Source of the DNA: Nitrosopumilus sp.
GTDB lineage: Archaea > Thermoproteota > Nitrososphaeria > Nitrososphaerales > Nitrosopumilaceae
Direction of reading: 5' to 3'
Length of the DNA: 64,000 nt
Assembly: GCA_963662625.1 (NCBI GenBank)
Contig: OY759726.1
Location: 1,152,001-1,216,000 of the forward strand
Under the pieces are notes generated by a model, which had not been told where the DNA came from, ran no database searches, and saw only the letters and a list, made by a program, of their open reading frames with translations. Numbering within the stretch: position 1 is the first letter of the stretch; every line of letters starts with the position of its first letter. Below, one piece after another: positions 9,198 to 18,762 of this stretch. Both the position numbers and the translations under genes were made by a program.

Positions 9198-10313
9198 GTG
9201 AGTGGAAAGGACCGGTCGGTCGTGAGCAAGGAGGCCCTGAGGGGCACGGCCCCCGGCAAGCAGATCATGAAGCAGGCGTTGTTCAAGTCCAAGGGCTACA
9301 AGCTGTTCAACACGTACAAGGAGGAGGCCGAGGCCGCGTTCCCGGACTTTGCCAGGCGGTTCACGCAGGGCCTCCTGGCCGAGATGCGGTCCGACGCGTC
9401 GCCCGCCTCAACCCAGCGGGCGTTCGGCGACGAGGTGGGCTCCGCGGAGATGGTCCTGGGGGCCTCGGAGATCGACGCCGTCAGGTCCCGGCTGGAGAGC
9501 CCCGAGGTGCTGCACGACAGGGTGCTCAGGATACTGGACTCGAACTTTGTGAAGATGACGTTCCCGGTGTTCAACGCGCTGTTTGACGGCGCCGCGGAGC
9601 ATGCCGGGAGGGACGACCCCCGGATGCGGCAGGACATGGTGGAGGGACACATACTGGCGATCGACCTCAGCGAGCCGATGGACCGGATCGTCGACAGGGA
9701 CGAGGACCTGGAGTACCTCGACGACTACAAGCTGATGAACCCGTACATCCTGAGGCTCGCGCGCGCCAAGATCTCCAAGGGCGGAGACCGGGTCGTGCGC
9801 GAGTTCGAGGAGGGCTTCAGGGACGCCCGGCTGGGGCAGCACGTCGACGAGAGGCTAAAGTCGAAGCCCGCCGAGATCACCGAGGAGGAGATGGCGTCGT
9901 CCTACAAGAAATACCGCGCTGTCATGGGCACGGCAGGCAGGAATATGGCGCTCGCAGAAAGGCCGCTGGGGGAGATCTTCTACCTGGGCATGGCGCACGC
10001 GGCCGAGTGCGTCGGGTGCGGCAACGAGATCGAGGACTCTGTGAAGGGGGGACGCGTCAAGGTCCCGTCATGGCCCCTGTACTACTCGCTGCTCGCCGGC
10101 GACGTGAGGAGGGGGTTCGAGCTCACGCTGGAAAGGAGCGGGCTGTACCTGCGGGAGGCGCGCTTGGCGCTGGGGCTGCTGCCCGGGGACTTTTCGCGTA
10201 CAAAGTTCCTGGAGTTCCTGTTCCTGACGGTGGAGCACTACAACCAGTACTGGCACAAGCAGCTGGAAAGGGCGGGCAAGTGGGACGAGTTCAGGCTCGG
10301 CCTGCCGCGGTGA
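9198..10313 (+). CDS. Conserved hypothetical protein (start uncertain)
   Basis: Long ORF with strong coding bias, coupled to the downstream RFC gene. Confidence 0.8.
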   Translation: MSGKDRSVVSKEALRGTAPGKQIMKQALFKSKGYKLFNTYKEEAEAAFPDFARRFTQGLLAEMRSDASPASTQRAFGDEVGSAEMVLGASEIDAVRSRLESPEVLHDRVLRILDSNFVKMTFPVFNALFDGAAEHAGRDDPRMRQDMVEGHILAIDLSEPMDRIVDRDEDLEYLDDYKLMNPYILRLARAKISKGGDRVVREFEEGFRDARLGQHVDERLKSKPAEITEEEMASSYKKYRAVMGTAGRNMALAERPLGEIFYLGMAHAAECVGCGNEIEDSVKGGRVKVPSWPLYYSLLAGDVRRGFELTLERSGLYLREARLALGLLPGDFSRTKFLEFLFLTVEHYNQYWHKQLERAGKWDEFRLGLPR

Positions 10314-10321
10314 TCGGGTTG

Positions 10322-11479
10322 ATGTGGTCCGAAAAGCACCGCCCCCGGTCAGTCGCCGACATGATCGGCAACGAGGAGCCGCGCTCTACGGTGATCGAGT
10401 GGTTCACAAAGTGGAAGAAGGGGACCCGGCCGATACTCCTGGCCGGGCCGCCCGGGACCGGAAAGACCACCATGGCGTACCTCGCGGCGAGGCAGTTCGG
10501 CTACGACGTGGTGGGGCTCAACGCCAGCGACGCGCGGAGCAAGTCGCGGATCAACGAGATCCTGCGCCCCGTTCTGGGAAACGTGAGCGTGCACGGCTCC
10601 CCCATGATATTCGTCGACGAGGTCGACGGCATACACGGGCGGAGCGACTACGGGGGCGCCGACGCCCTGGTCAAGATCCTCAAGGATCCCGCGGTGCCGA
10701 TCGTGCTGGCGGCGAACTACCCGTCCTCGGACAAGATGAAGGGCATCGTGAAGGCCGTGAAGACCGTGGCCTTCAGGCCGATCCCCCCGCGCCTGATGGC
10801 GGCGCACCTCAGGGGGATCCTGGAAAAGGAGGGCTCCCGGCTCGGGCCGGGATCCGTCTTCAAGGCGGTCTCCAAGTCGCGCGGCGACATACGCTCGATG
10901 ATCAACCTGGCGCAGTCCCTGGTGACAGGGTTCGACCCGCAGACGGAGGCGGCGTTTGAGAGCGTCGACATCGAGGAGGGGGTCAACGCGTTCTTCAAGG
11001 CAAAGTCCGAGGACGAGGCCAGGGCCGTCCTGTACTCCATGCAGGTCGATCCCCGGCAGAAGATAGGCGCGTTTTACTCCAGCATAGTCACCAGCGGCGC
11101 CGGCGGCGCGGAGCTTGCCGAGTCGCTCGAGGTGCTGTCGAGGGCCGACGCGCTGTACGGGAGGATACTCAGGACCCAGAACTGGAGGCTGCTGCGCTAC
11201 CTCAACGAGATCCTGCTCGGGCTGCACCGCGGCGGCTCCTCCGTCCGGTACTCGCAGTACAACCTGCCGTGGCCGCTGCTCAACAGGATCCGCTGGGACG
11301 GCAGGAAGCTCAGGGCGCTGTCCTCGCTGATGGCGCGGCGGCTCCACACGTCCCCGAGCTCCTTTGCCACCTCGTGCCTCCCGTACGCACTGCTCTGCAT
11401 GAAGAACGGGAGCCTCGGCCGGGGCCAAGACGAAGCCTTCGACGGCATCCTGGAAAAGGAGATCGAGAGCCTCCGATGA
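10322..11479 (+). CDS. rfcL: Replication factor C large subunit
   Basis: WSEKHRP, Walker A GPPGTGKT, LNASDAR, DEVDG and GDIRSMIN. Confidence 0.9.
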   Translation: MWSEKHRPRSVADMIGNEEPRSTVIEWFTKWKKGTRPILLAGPPGTGKTTMAYLAARQFGYDVVGLNASDARSKSRINEILRPVLGNVSVHGSPMIFVDEVDGIHGRSDYGGADALVKILKDPAVPIVLAANYPSSDKMKGIVKAVKTVAFRPIPPRLMAAHLRGILEKEGSRLGPGSVFKAVSKSRGDIRSMINLAQSLVTGFDPQTEAAFESVDIEEGVNAFFKAKSEDEARAVLYSMQVDPRQKIGAFYSSIVTSGAGGAELAESLEVLSRADALYGRILRTQNWRLLRYLNEILLGLHRGGSSVRYSQYNLPWPLLNRIRWDGRKLRALSSLMARRLHTSPSSFATSCLPYALLCMKNGSLGRGQDEAFDGILEKEIESLR

Positions 11480-11790
11480 GCTGGCGCAAGATCCGGATGA
11501 AGTTTCCCGGGACGTGCACCGTCTGCAACGGGAGCATACCTGCAAACGAGGTCGGCCTGTGGGCCAAGGGGCTGGGGGTGAAGCACGAGGGGTGTGCCGA
11601 GGCCAAGGAGCTCAGGTGCGCCGTGTGCGGCAAGCCGGCCGGGTGCCCGCAGTGCGAGTTCCGTGACGGCTGCGACCTCGAAAGCGTGTCCCCGCTCTGC
11701 ATCTGCAGGGGGTGCGCCGACGGGGGGAACGCGATCCGGGAATACCAAAAGTCCGCAAAAAGAAAGTTCCCGCTGCTCGGCGCCGGGTAG
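11476..11790 (+). CDS. Cys-rich zinc-binding hypothetical protein
   Basis: Multiple CxxC motifs; ATGA overlap with rfcL. Confidence 0.8.
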   Translation: MSWRKIRMKFPGTCTVCNGSIPANEVGLWAKGLGVKHEGCAEAKELRCAVCGKPAGCPQCEFRDGCDLESVSPLCICRGCADGGNAIREYQKSAKRKFPLLGAG

Positions 11791-11842
11791 CCGCCCGCCA
11801 AACTAAATTAATATATGAAGCGATTATGTCCTAATACCGGGC

Positions 11843-13387
11843 ATGCATTCCGATAAGCTTGAGGAATATTCCACGAAGATCAGGACCGCCATGCAGGGGG
11901 GCGGCCAGGACAGGATCAAGGCGCAGCACAGCAAGGGCAAGCTGACTGCCCGCGAGCGCATAGGGTTGCTGCTTGACGAGGGCAGCTTTACCGAGATCGA
12001 TCCACTGGCTACCCACCATTACCACCACTACGACATGCAGAAAAAGAAGTTCTTCGGCGACGGCGTGGTGGGGGGCTACGGCACTGTGGGCGGCAGGCAG
12101 ATCTTCGTCTTTGCGTACGACTTTACGGTGCTGGGGGGCACGCTCAGCCAGATGGGGGCCAGGAAGATCACCAAGATCATGGATCACGCGGTGAGGACGG
12201 GGTGCCCCGTAGTCGGGATCATGGACTCCGGGGGCGCGCGCATCCAGGAGGGCATAATGAGCCTCGACGGCTTTGCGGACATCTTCTACCACAACCAGCT
12301 GGCCTCGGGCGTGGTGCCGCAGATCACCGCCAGCATAGGCCCGTCCGCCGGGGGCTCGGTCTATTCCCCGGCGATGACCGACTTTGTGATAATGGTGGAG
12401 AAGGCCGGGACGATGTTCGTCACCGGCCCCGACGTGGTCAAGACCGTCCTGGGGGAGGAGATCTCCTTTGACGACCTGGGCGGCGCGGTGACCCACGGGA
12501 CCAAGAGCGGGGTGGCCCACTTTGTGGCGCAGAACGAGTACGAGTGCATGGACTGCATCAGGAGGCTGGTCTCGTTCATCCCGCAGAACAACTCCGAGGC
12601 CCCGCCCGCGGTAAAGACCGGAGACGATCCGAACCGGCTGGATCACAACCTGATCAACGTCCTCCCGGACAACCCCCTGCAGCCGTACGACATGAAGGAG
12701 ATCATAGGCTCCGTCGTGGACGACGGGGACTTTTTCGAGGTCCACGAGCTGTTCGCGCCCAACGTGATCGTGGGCTACGCGCGGCTCAACGGCAGGGCCG
12801 TCGGGATCGTGGCCAACCAGCCGTTGCACCTTGCAGGCGCGCTGGACATCGACTCGTCGAACAAGGCAGCGCGCTTCATCCGGTTCTGCGACTCCTTCAA
12901 CATACCCATAGTCACGCTGGTGGACACCCCCGGGTACATGCCGGGCTCGAACCAGGAGCACAACGGCATCATCCGGCACGGGAGCAAGCTGCTGTTCGCG
13001 TACTGCGAGGCCACCGTCCCGAAGGTCACCCTGGTGATCGGCAAGGCGTACGGGGGCGCGTACATCGCAATGGGTAGCAAGAACCTGCGCACCGACGTCA
13101 ACTACGCCTGGCCGACAGCGAGGTGCGCGGTGCTCGGGGCCGAGGCGGCCATCAAGATAATGTACAGGAAGGAGCTCGCCGCGCCCGACAGCGAGGACAC
13201 CAAGAAACGGCTCATAGAGGAGTTCACCGAAGAGTTCGACAACCCCTACGTCGCGGCGTCGCACGGGACGGTGGACAACGTAATAGACCCCGCGGAGACC
13301 AGGCCGATGCTCATCAAGGCGCTAGAGATGCTGTCCAGCAAGCGGGAGAAGCAGCTTCCGAGGAAGCACGGGAACATCAACTTGTGA
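11843..13387 (+). CDS. pccB: Acetyl-/propionyl-CoA carboxylase, carboxyltransferase subunit (3-HP/4-HB cycle)
   Basis: GKLTARERI, DSGGARIQEG, GKAYGGAY and RKHGNINL motifs. Confidence 0.95.
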   Translation: MHSDKLEEYSTKIRTAMQGGGQDRIKAQHSKGKLTARERIGLLLDEGSFTEIDPLATHHYHHYDMQKKKFFGDGVVGGYGTVGGRQIFVFAYDFTVLGGTLSQMGARKITKIMDHAVRTGCPVVGIMDSGGARIQEGIMSLDGFADIFYHNQLASGVVPQITASIGPSAGGSVYSPAMTDFVIMVEKAGTMFVTGPDVVKTVLGEEISFDDLGGAVTHGTKSGVAHFVAQNEYECMDCIRRLVSFIPQNNSEAPPAVKTGDDPNRLDHNLINVLPDNPLQPYDMKEIIGSVVDDGDFFEVHELFAPNVIVGYARLNGRAVGIVANQPLHLAGALDIDSSNKAARFIRFCDSFNIPIVTLVDTPGYMPGSNQEHNGIIRHGSKLLFAYCEATVPKVTLVIGKAYGGAYIAMGSKNLRTDVNYAWPTARCAVLGAEAAIKIMYRKELAAPDSEDTKKRLIEEFTEEFDNPYVAASHGTVDNVIDPAETRPMLIKALEMLSSKREKQLPRKHGNINL

Positions 13388-13392
13388 TCGGC

Positions 13393-14877
13393 ATGATTGA
13401 GAAGGTTCTTATCGCAAACAGGGGGGAGATCGCCCTACGGGTGATCCGCACGTGCAAGGCGCTGGGCATAAAGACGGTTGCGGTATACTCCGACGAGGAC
13501 TACGGCTCCCTGCACGTGAAGCAGGCCACCGAGGCGTACCACATCGGCGAGGCGGCGCCGGCAAAGTCGTACCTCAACCAGCAGAAGATCCTAGAGGTGA
13601 TGCTGTCGTCGGGCTCGGACGCCGTCCACCCGGGCTACGGCTTCCTGTCGGAGAACGACGAGTTCGCTGCCCTGTGCGAGAGGAACAAGATCAACTTCAT
13701 CGGGCCGTCCTCGGCGTCGATGAACCTCTGCGGCGACAAGATGGAGTGCAAGGCGGCGATGCTCAAGGCCGACGTGCCGACCGTCCCGGGAAGCCCGGGC
13801 CTAGTAGGGGACGCCGCCGAGGCAGAGAGGACAGCAAACGAGATAGGGTACCCGGTGCTGCTAAAGTCCGTCTACGGCGGCGGGGGCCGCGGGATACGGC
13901 TCGTCAACACCGACGAGGAGCTGCGCGCGGCGTACGAGTCCGTGACGGGCGAGTCGATAGCCGCCGTGGGCAAGTCCGCGATAATCGTGGAGAAGTTCCT
14001 CGAAAAGACGCGGCACATAGAGTACCAGATGGCAAGGGACAAGCACGGCAATGCCGTCCACCTCTTCGAGAGGGAGTGCTCCATCCAGCGGCGGAACCAG
14101 AAGCTCATCGAGCAGACGCCCTCGCCCGTGGTGGACCAGGAAACGCGGGACAGGATCGGAGAGCTGGTGGTGCGGGCGTCCGAGGCCGTCGACTATGTGA
14201 ACCTGGGGACCGCGGAGTTCCTGCGCTCCGACGACGGGGAGTTCTACTTCATAGAGATCAACGCGAGGCTCCAGGTGGAGCACCCGATCACGGAGATGGT
14301 CTCCGGGCTGGACCTGGTGAAGCTGCAGATCGACATTGCAAACGGCGAGCCCCTGCCCTTCAAGCAGGAGGATCTCAAGATGAACGGATACGCCATAGAG
14401 TGCAGGATCAACGCGGAGGACACATTCCTCGACTTCGCGCCGTCCACGGGGCCCGTCCCCGAGGTCACCGTCCCGGCAGGGCCCGGCGTGAGGTGCGATA
14501 CCTACCTCTATCCCGGGTGCACCGTGTCCCCGTTCTACGATTCGCTCATGGCGAAGCTGTGCACGTGGGGGCAGACGTTCGACGAGTCCCGGACGAGGAT
14601 GCTGACCGCCCTGGGCGACTTTTACATCCAGGGCGTCGAGACGTCGATCCCGCTGTACAAGACGATCTTGGAGAGCGAGGAGTACAGGGAGGGCCGGCTG
14701 TCCACCGACTTCCTGAAGCGCCACGGGATGATCGAGAGGCTGGAGGGAGACCTCCGGGAGGAGAAGAAGGGGAAGGGACTGGCCGCCGCCGCGGCGGCCA
14801 TCATGCACTCGGAGTACCTCAAGAGCCGCGTGCGTGGATCTCAAGACGCCTCCGAATGGAGAGACAGGCTGGGTTGA
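13393..14877 (+). CDS. accC: Biotin carboxylase subunit
   Basis: KVLIANRGEIA, HPGYGFLSEN, GGGGRG, ERECSIQRRNQK and RLQVEHP. Confidence 0.95.
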   Translation: MIEKVLIANRGEIALRVIRTCKALGIKTVAVYSDEDYGSLHVKQATEAYHIGEAAPAKSYLNQQKILEVMLSSGSDAVHPGYGFLSENDEFAALCERNKINFIGPSSASMNLCGDKMECKAAMLKADVPTVPGSPGLVGDAAEAERTANEIGYPVLLKSVYGGGGRGIRLVNTDEELRAAYESVTGESIAAVGKSAIIVEKFLEKTRHIEYQMARDKHGNAVHLFERECSIQRRNQKLIEQTPSPVVDQETRDRIGELVVRASEAVDYVNLGTAEFLRSDDGEFYFIEINARLQVEHPITEMVSGLDLVKLQIDIANGEPLPFKQEDLKMNGYAIECRINAEDTFLDFAPSTGPVPEVTVPAGPGVRCDTYLYPGCTVSPFYDSLMAKLCTWGQTFDESRTRMLTALGDFYIQGVETSIPLYKTILESEEYREGRLSTDFLKRHGMIERLEGDLREEKKGKGLAAAAAAIMHSEYLKSRVRGSQDASEWRDRLG

Positions 14878-14883
14878 TGGGCA

Positions 14884-15396
14884 GTGGACTATAGGATACA
14901 GGACGTGGAGGACGCCTTCGAGGGCCGGATAACCGGGAGGCCCGGCGGCGGCGAGTACGTGATCACGATCAACGGGGACGAGCACGCGCTGCGGATCATC
15001 GGGATGGACTCCCGCGGGATGGAGTTCGTCCTGGATCGGGAGTACCACATGGCAAGGTACCTCAAGCACTCCACCAACGAGATGTCCATGGTGGTCGACA
15101 ACGTCCCGATCACGGTGAACATGCACGGCCACTTTGACGACATAGTATACAAGAACTCCGGCGGCGGGGGCCCGGCCAGCGAGCACCTGGCCCTGAAGAG
15201 CCAGATACCCGGCAAGGTGGTGTCCGTCGCGGTGTCCGAGGGGGACTCCGTCAGGAAGGGGGACGTGGTGTGCACGCTGGAGTCCATGAAGATGCAGGTC
15301 GCGGTAAAGTCGCACAAGGACGGGTCGGTCAAGTCCGTCAAGATCAAGGAAGGCGTGAGCATCGCCAAGGGCGACGTCGTCGCGGAGATCGAGTGA
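14884..15396 (+). CDS. accB: Biotin carboxyl carrier protein
   Basis: ESMKM biotinylation motif in a C-terminal biotinyl domain. Confidence 0.93.
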   Translation: MDYRIQDVEDAFEGRITGRPGGGEYVITINGDEHALRIIGMDSRGMEFVLDREYHMARYLKHSTNEMSMVVDNVPITVNMHGHFDDIVYKNSGGGGPASEHLALKSQIPGKVVSVAVSEGDSVRKGDVVCTLESMKMQVAVKSHKDGSVKSVKIKEGVSIAKGDVVAEIE

Positions 15397-15408
15397 GGCC
15401 GGGGCCCG

Positions 15409-15876
15409 CTACCCCTTCAGGAACTCCCTGATCTCCCCGTAGTCGGGCTCCTTGAGGGGATCCTCGGACACCCACTTGTAGCCTACGGTGCCGTCCTCCA
15501 TGACCACGAACACGGAACGCTTCGCGGCGTTGTATCCCTTGATGTGGAGCAGGTCCGGCATCAGGACGCCGTAGTCGCGGATCGTCTTGCTGGAATAGTC
15601 CGAGAGCAGGGGGAAATTGTAGCGGTTCTTCTCCGCGAACGCCTTGTTGGCGAACGGGCCGTCGTTGCTTATGGCCACCACCTGCGCGCCGAGGCCCGAG
15701 ATCTCGTCCCACGAGTCCCTGAACGCGCACAGCTCGTTCTCGCAGACCGGGGAACTCGCGGCGACGATGAACGAGAGGACGACCTTCTTGCCCCCGAACT
15801 CGTCCAGGGTCCGCATCTTCAGCTCCGTGTCCGGCAGCTCAAATCCTGGGGCGGAATCCCCGACTTCAGGTCCCAT
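15409..15876 (-). CDS. Peroxiredoxin (AhpC/TSA family)
   Basis: VGDSAPGFELPD start, SPVCENELC, FPLLSD and AKRSVFV. Confidence 0.88.
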   Translation of the reverse strand: MGPEVGDSAPGFELPDTELKMRTLDEFGGKKVVLSFIVAASSPVCENELCAFRDSWDEISGLGAQVVAISNDGPFANKAFAEKNRYNFPLLSDYSSKTIRDYGVLMPDLLHIKGYNAAKRSVFVVMEDGTVGYKWVSEDPLKEPDYGEIREFLKG

Positions 15877-15987
15877 GCACCCCGTGGGGGCACGTCCTAT
15901 TAGAACCTTCCAGGCAACGGATCCCGGGAAACCGCACCCGAAAAATGTGCATACCTTTTTATACAAAAACTTGGGTTCAAAGCTAAA

Positions 15988-16362
15988 TTGGTCGGGGAAT
16001 TGGCGGGCAATTACAGTACCGTGGTGTTGATGTTCGGCTTTGCCGTGGCCGCCATGGCACCCGCCCTCGTGATCTCCAGGATGATATCCCCCAGAAGGAA
16101 GAGCAACCCAGTCAAGTTCCTGCCCATGGAGTGCGGCCAGGTGCCCTCTGGCAAGGGCAGGACCCACTTCATGATGCAGTACTATGCCTACATCCTGATG
16201 TTCGTGGTCTTCGACGTCGTGGCGATCTTCCTTTACGCGTGGGGGAGCAGCCTGCTGGACCTCCCAAGGTCGGCGACCCTGCCGATACTCGGGTTCTTGG
16301 CGATCATGTTCGGGGCGATGGCGTTCGCAATATACCAATCGGGAAGACGGAACATATGGTAG
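15988..16362 (+). CDS. nuoA: Complex I subunit A
   Basis: MECG and FVVFDV motifs, three TM segments; first gene of the nuo operon. Confidence 0.93.
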   Translation: MVGELAGNYSTVVLMFGFAVAAMAPALVISRMISPRRKSNPVKFLPMECGQVPSGKGRTHFMMQYYAYILMFVVFDVVAIFLYAWGSSLLDLPRSATLPILGFLAIMFGAMAFAIYQSGRRNIW

Positions 16363-16402
16363 TTATTTATATACTTCAGACCTACGGAGGTCGGGGATAG
16401 AG

Positions 16403-16927
16403 TTGCTCAAGGATCTGGTCACGCCGCAGAACGCAAACGTGTTCGTGGGGAAGCTGGGTGACATCCTGGAAAGGGCGATCGACAAGCCGCTGGGCTATGC
16501 CATCAACTGGGGCAGGATATGGTCGCTCTGGCCGGTACACATAGAGACGGCGTGTTGCAGCGTGGAGTTCGGCGCCGCGTCCGGCCCGAGGTATGATGTC
16601 GAGAGGTTCGGGATCATAGAGGCGTTCGGCTCGCTCCGGCAGTGCGATCTCATCGTCGTCCAGGGGACCATAACCAGGAAGATGGCACCGCGCCTCCGCC
16701 TGGTCTACGATCAGATGCCGGAGCCAAAGTACGTCATCGCGATGGGGGCCTGCGCGATCACCGGGGGCCTGTACTTTGATTCCTACAACGTCCTTCCCGG
16801 GATCGACGGGGTCTTGCCGGTGGACGTCTACGTTCCGGGCTGCCCGCCCAGGCCCGAGACCCTGATCCAGGGGTGCATGTTGCTACAGGAAAAGATCAAG
16901 AGGATGAAGGCCAGGAAGTTGGTATGA
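16403..16927 (+). CDS. nuoB: Complex I subunit B
   Basis: TACCSVE, MGACA and YVPGCPPRPE. Confidence 0.95.
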   Translation: MLKDLVTPQNANVFVGKLGDILERAIDKPLGYAINWGRIWSLWPVHIETACCSVEFGAASGPRYDVERFGIIEAFGSLRQCDLIVVQGTITRKMAPRLRLVYDQMPEPKYVIAMGACAITGGLYFDSYNVLPGIDGVLPVDVYVPGCPPRPETLIQGCMLLQEKIKRMKARKLV

Positions 16928-17625
16928 TGAGCGGCCCGGATCCTGAAAAAGTCGAAGAAAAGCCCGAGACCCCGCCCGAAGCCAAGCCCGAAGCCAAGCC
17001 CGAAGCCAAGCCCGAAGCCAAGCCCGAAGCCAAGCCCGAAGCCAAGCCCGAAGCCAAGCCCGAAGCCAAGCCGGCACCCAAGCCCGCGCCCAAAAAACCT
17101 GCGGGCAAACCGGAGGCAAAAGAACCGGAACTTCCGGCGTTTGAAAAGGAACTTGCGGACAAGATCGTCGGAAAGTTCGGCGAAAAGACCAAGATCGCCT
17201 TCGTCAAGCCAGACAGGATCAGGATCGACGTGGGGAGGGAGGACGTCCACGACGTCGCCGAGTTCGTGAGGGACGAGATGAACTTCGACCATGCCGAGTC
17301 GGTCTCGGGGGTGGACTTTCCCGACGAGAAGGAGATCGAGGTGGTCTACCACCTGGGATCATACAGCGATCCGTCCCTGGCTAGGCAGGTGCTGACCCTG
17401 GCCACCAGGGCCCAGAGGGAGGACAACCCGCTGCCTGGCAGCGACGCCACCACGCTCCCGAGCCTCAGGGACGTGTTTTACAGCGTCGAGTTCCACGAAA
17501 GGGAGGTCTTTGAGATGCTGGGGGTCTACTTTGACGGCCACCCGGACAACAGGAGGCTGCTTCTGCCGGAGGACTGGGCGGATCTGCCGCCGCTGCGGAA
17601 GGACTTTGCGATCAAGGGAAGATAA
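16924..17625 (+). CDS. nuoC: Complex I subunit C with PEAK-repeat N-terminus
   Basis: EREVFEMLGVYFDGHPD and PPLRKDF. Confidence 0.93.
   Translation: MMSGPDPEKVEEKPETPPEAKPEAKPEAKPEAKPEAKPEAKPEAKPEAKPAPKPAPKKPAGKPEAKEPELPAFEKELADKIVGKFGEKTKIAFVKPDRIRIDVGREDVHDVAEFVRDEMNFDHAESVSGVDFPDEKEIEVVYHLGSYSDPSLARQVLTLATRAQREDNPLPGSDATTLPSLRDVFYSVEFHEREVFEMLGVYFDGHPDNRRLLLPEDWADLPPLRKDFAIKGR
16975..17070 (+). repeat. 12-bp tandem repeat CCCGAAGCCAAG x8 (PEAK)
   Basis: Eight perfect copies read directly. Confidence 0.95.
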
Positions 17626-17628
17626 ACA

Positions 17629-18762
17629 ATGACAGCAGAACTGCCCCCGGGACTCGCATTACAGAAAGTGGACGAGAGGATCATGACCCTCAACGTCGGG
17701 CCGCAGCACCCGGGGTCGGGGCACATGAGGATAATAGTGCAGATCGACGGCGACTACATCGTAGCCTGCGATCCAGATCCGGGCTACGTGCACCGCGGGG
17801 AGGAGAAGATGGCCGAGTACAGGAACTACGTCACGAACATCCCCCACCTGGAGAGGCCCGTGATCCACGACTCCTGCAACATCCTGTACCCGTACGTACT
17901 GGGGGCGGAGGATCTCCTCGGGGTAGAGGTCCCGGAGCGCGCAAAGTACATCCGCGTCATCGCCTCCGAGCTGAACAGGTGCATCTACACGATGTACTGG
18001 CTCGCGATCTACGGCATATTCCTGGGCCATTCCACCATGTTCATGTGGCCCGCCGGCGACAGGGAACTGCTGATCGACCTGATGGAGAAGATGTCGGGCG
18101 CGAGGGTCACTCACGCCTACTTCGTGCCGGGCGGCGTCCGGAACGACCTGCCCCCGAACTTTGAGGACGCCTGCCTGAGGCAGGTGGCCTATTTCGAGAA
18201 GAGGATCAAGGAGTACGCCGCGGTGTTCTACGACAACCCGATCCTGATATCCAGGACAGCCGACACCGGGGTCCTGTCACGGGACGACGCGATCCGCCTC
18301 GGCACCACCGGATCCGTCCTGCGCGCCAGCGGGGTGGACTATGACGTGAGGAAGAAGGAGCCGTATGACGTCTACGACGAGCTGGACTTCCAAACCAACG
18401 TGCTCAAGTCAGGCGACTCTTACGCCAGGTCCAAGATACCGTGGCTCGACATGCTCGAGAGCTGCCGGATCGTCAGGAACGCGCTGCAGAAGATGCCCAA
18501 GTCCGGCTCGGTCAGGGTGAAGCTCAAGCCCAACCCCCGCGGCGCGCTGGACTCCGTCTACAGGCGGGTGGAGTCGGGGCGCGGCGCGCTGGGGTGCTAC
18601 ATCGTGTCGGACAAGAAGCCGGAGCCCTACAGGGTGAAGCTCAGCGTGGGATCGTTCAGGAACCTGATCGCGCTCCCGTACCTGCTCAAGGGCGAAAAGC
18701 TCGGCAACATGCCGTCGGTATACTGGAGCCTGAACTACTGGCCGGTGGAGGCAGACAGGTAA
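17629..18762 (+). CDS. nuoD: Complex I subunit D
   Basis: LNVGPQHPGSGH, GYVHRGEEK and ESGRG. Confidence 0.95.
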   Translation: MTAELPPGLALQKVDERIMTLNVGPQHPGSGHMRIIVQIDGDYIVACDPDPGYVHRGEEKMAEYRNYVTNIPHLERPVIHDSCNILYPYVLGAEDLLGVEVPERAKYIRVIASELNRCIYTMYWLAIYGIFLGHSTMFMWPAGDRELLIDLMEKMSGARVTHAYFVPGGVRNDLPPNFEDACLRQVAYFEKRIKEYAAVFYDNPILISRTADTGVLSRDDAIRLGTTGSVLRASGVDYDVRKKEPYDVYDELDFQTNVLKSGDSYARSKIPWLDMLESCRIVRNALQKMPKSGSVRVKLKPNPRGALDSVYRRVESGRGALGCYIVSDKKPEPYRVKLSVGSFRNLIALPYLLKGEKLGNMPSVYWSLNYWPVEADR

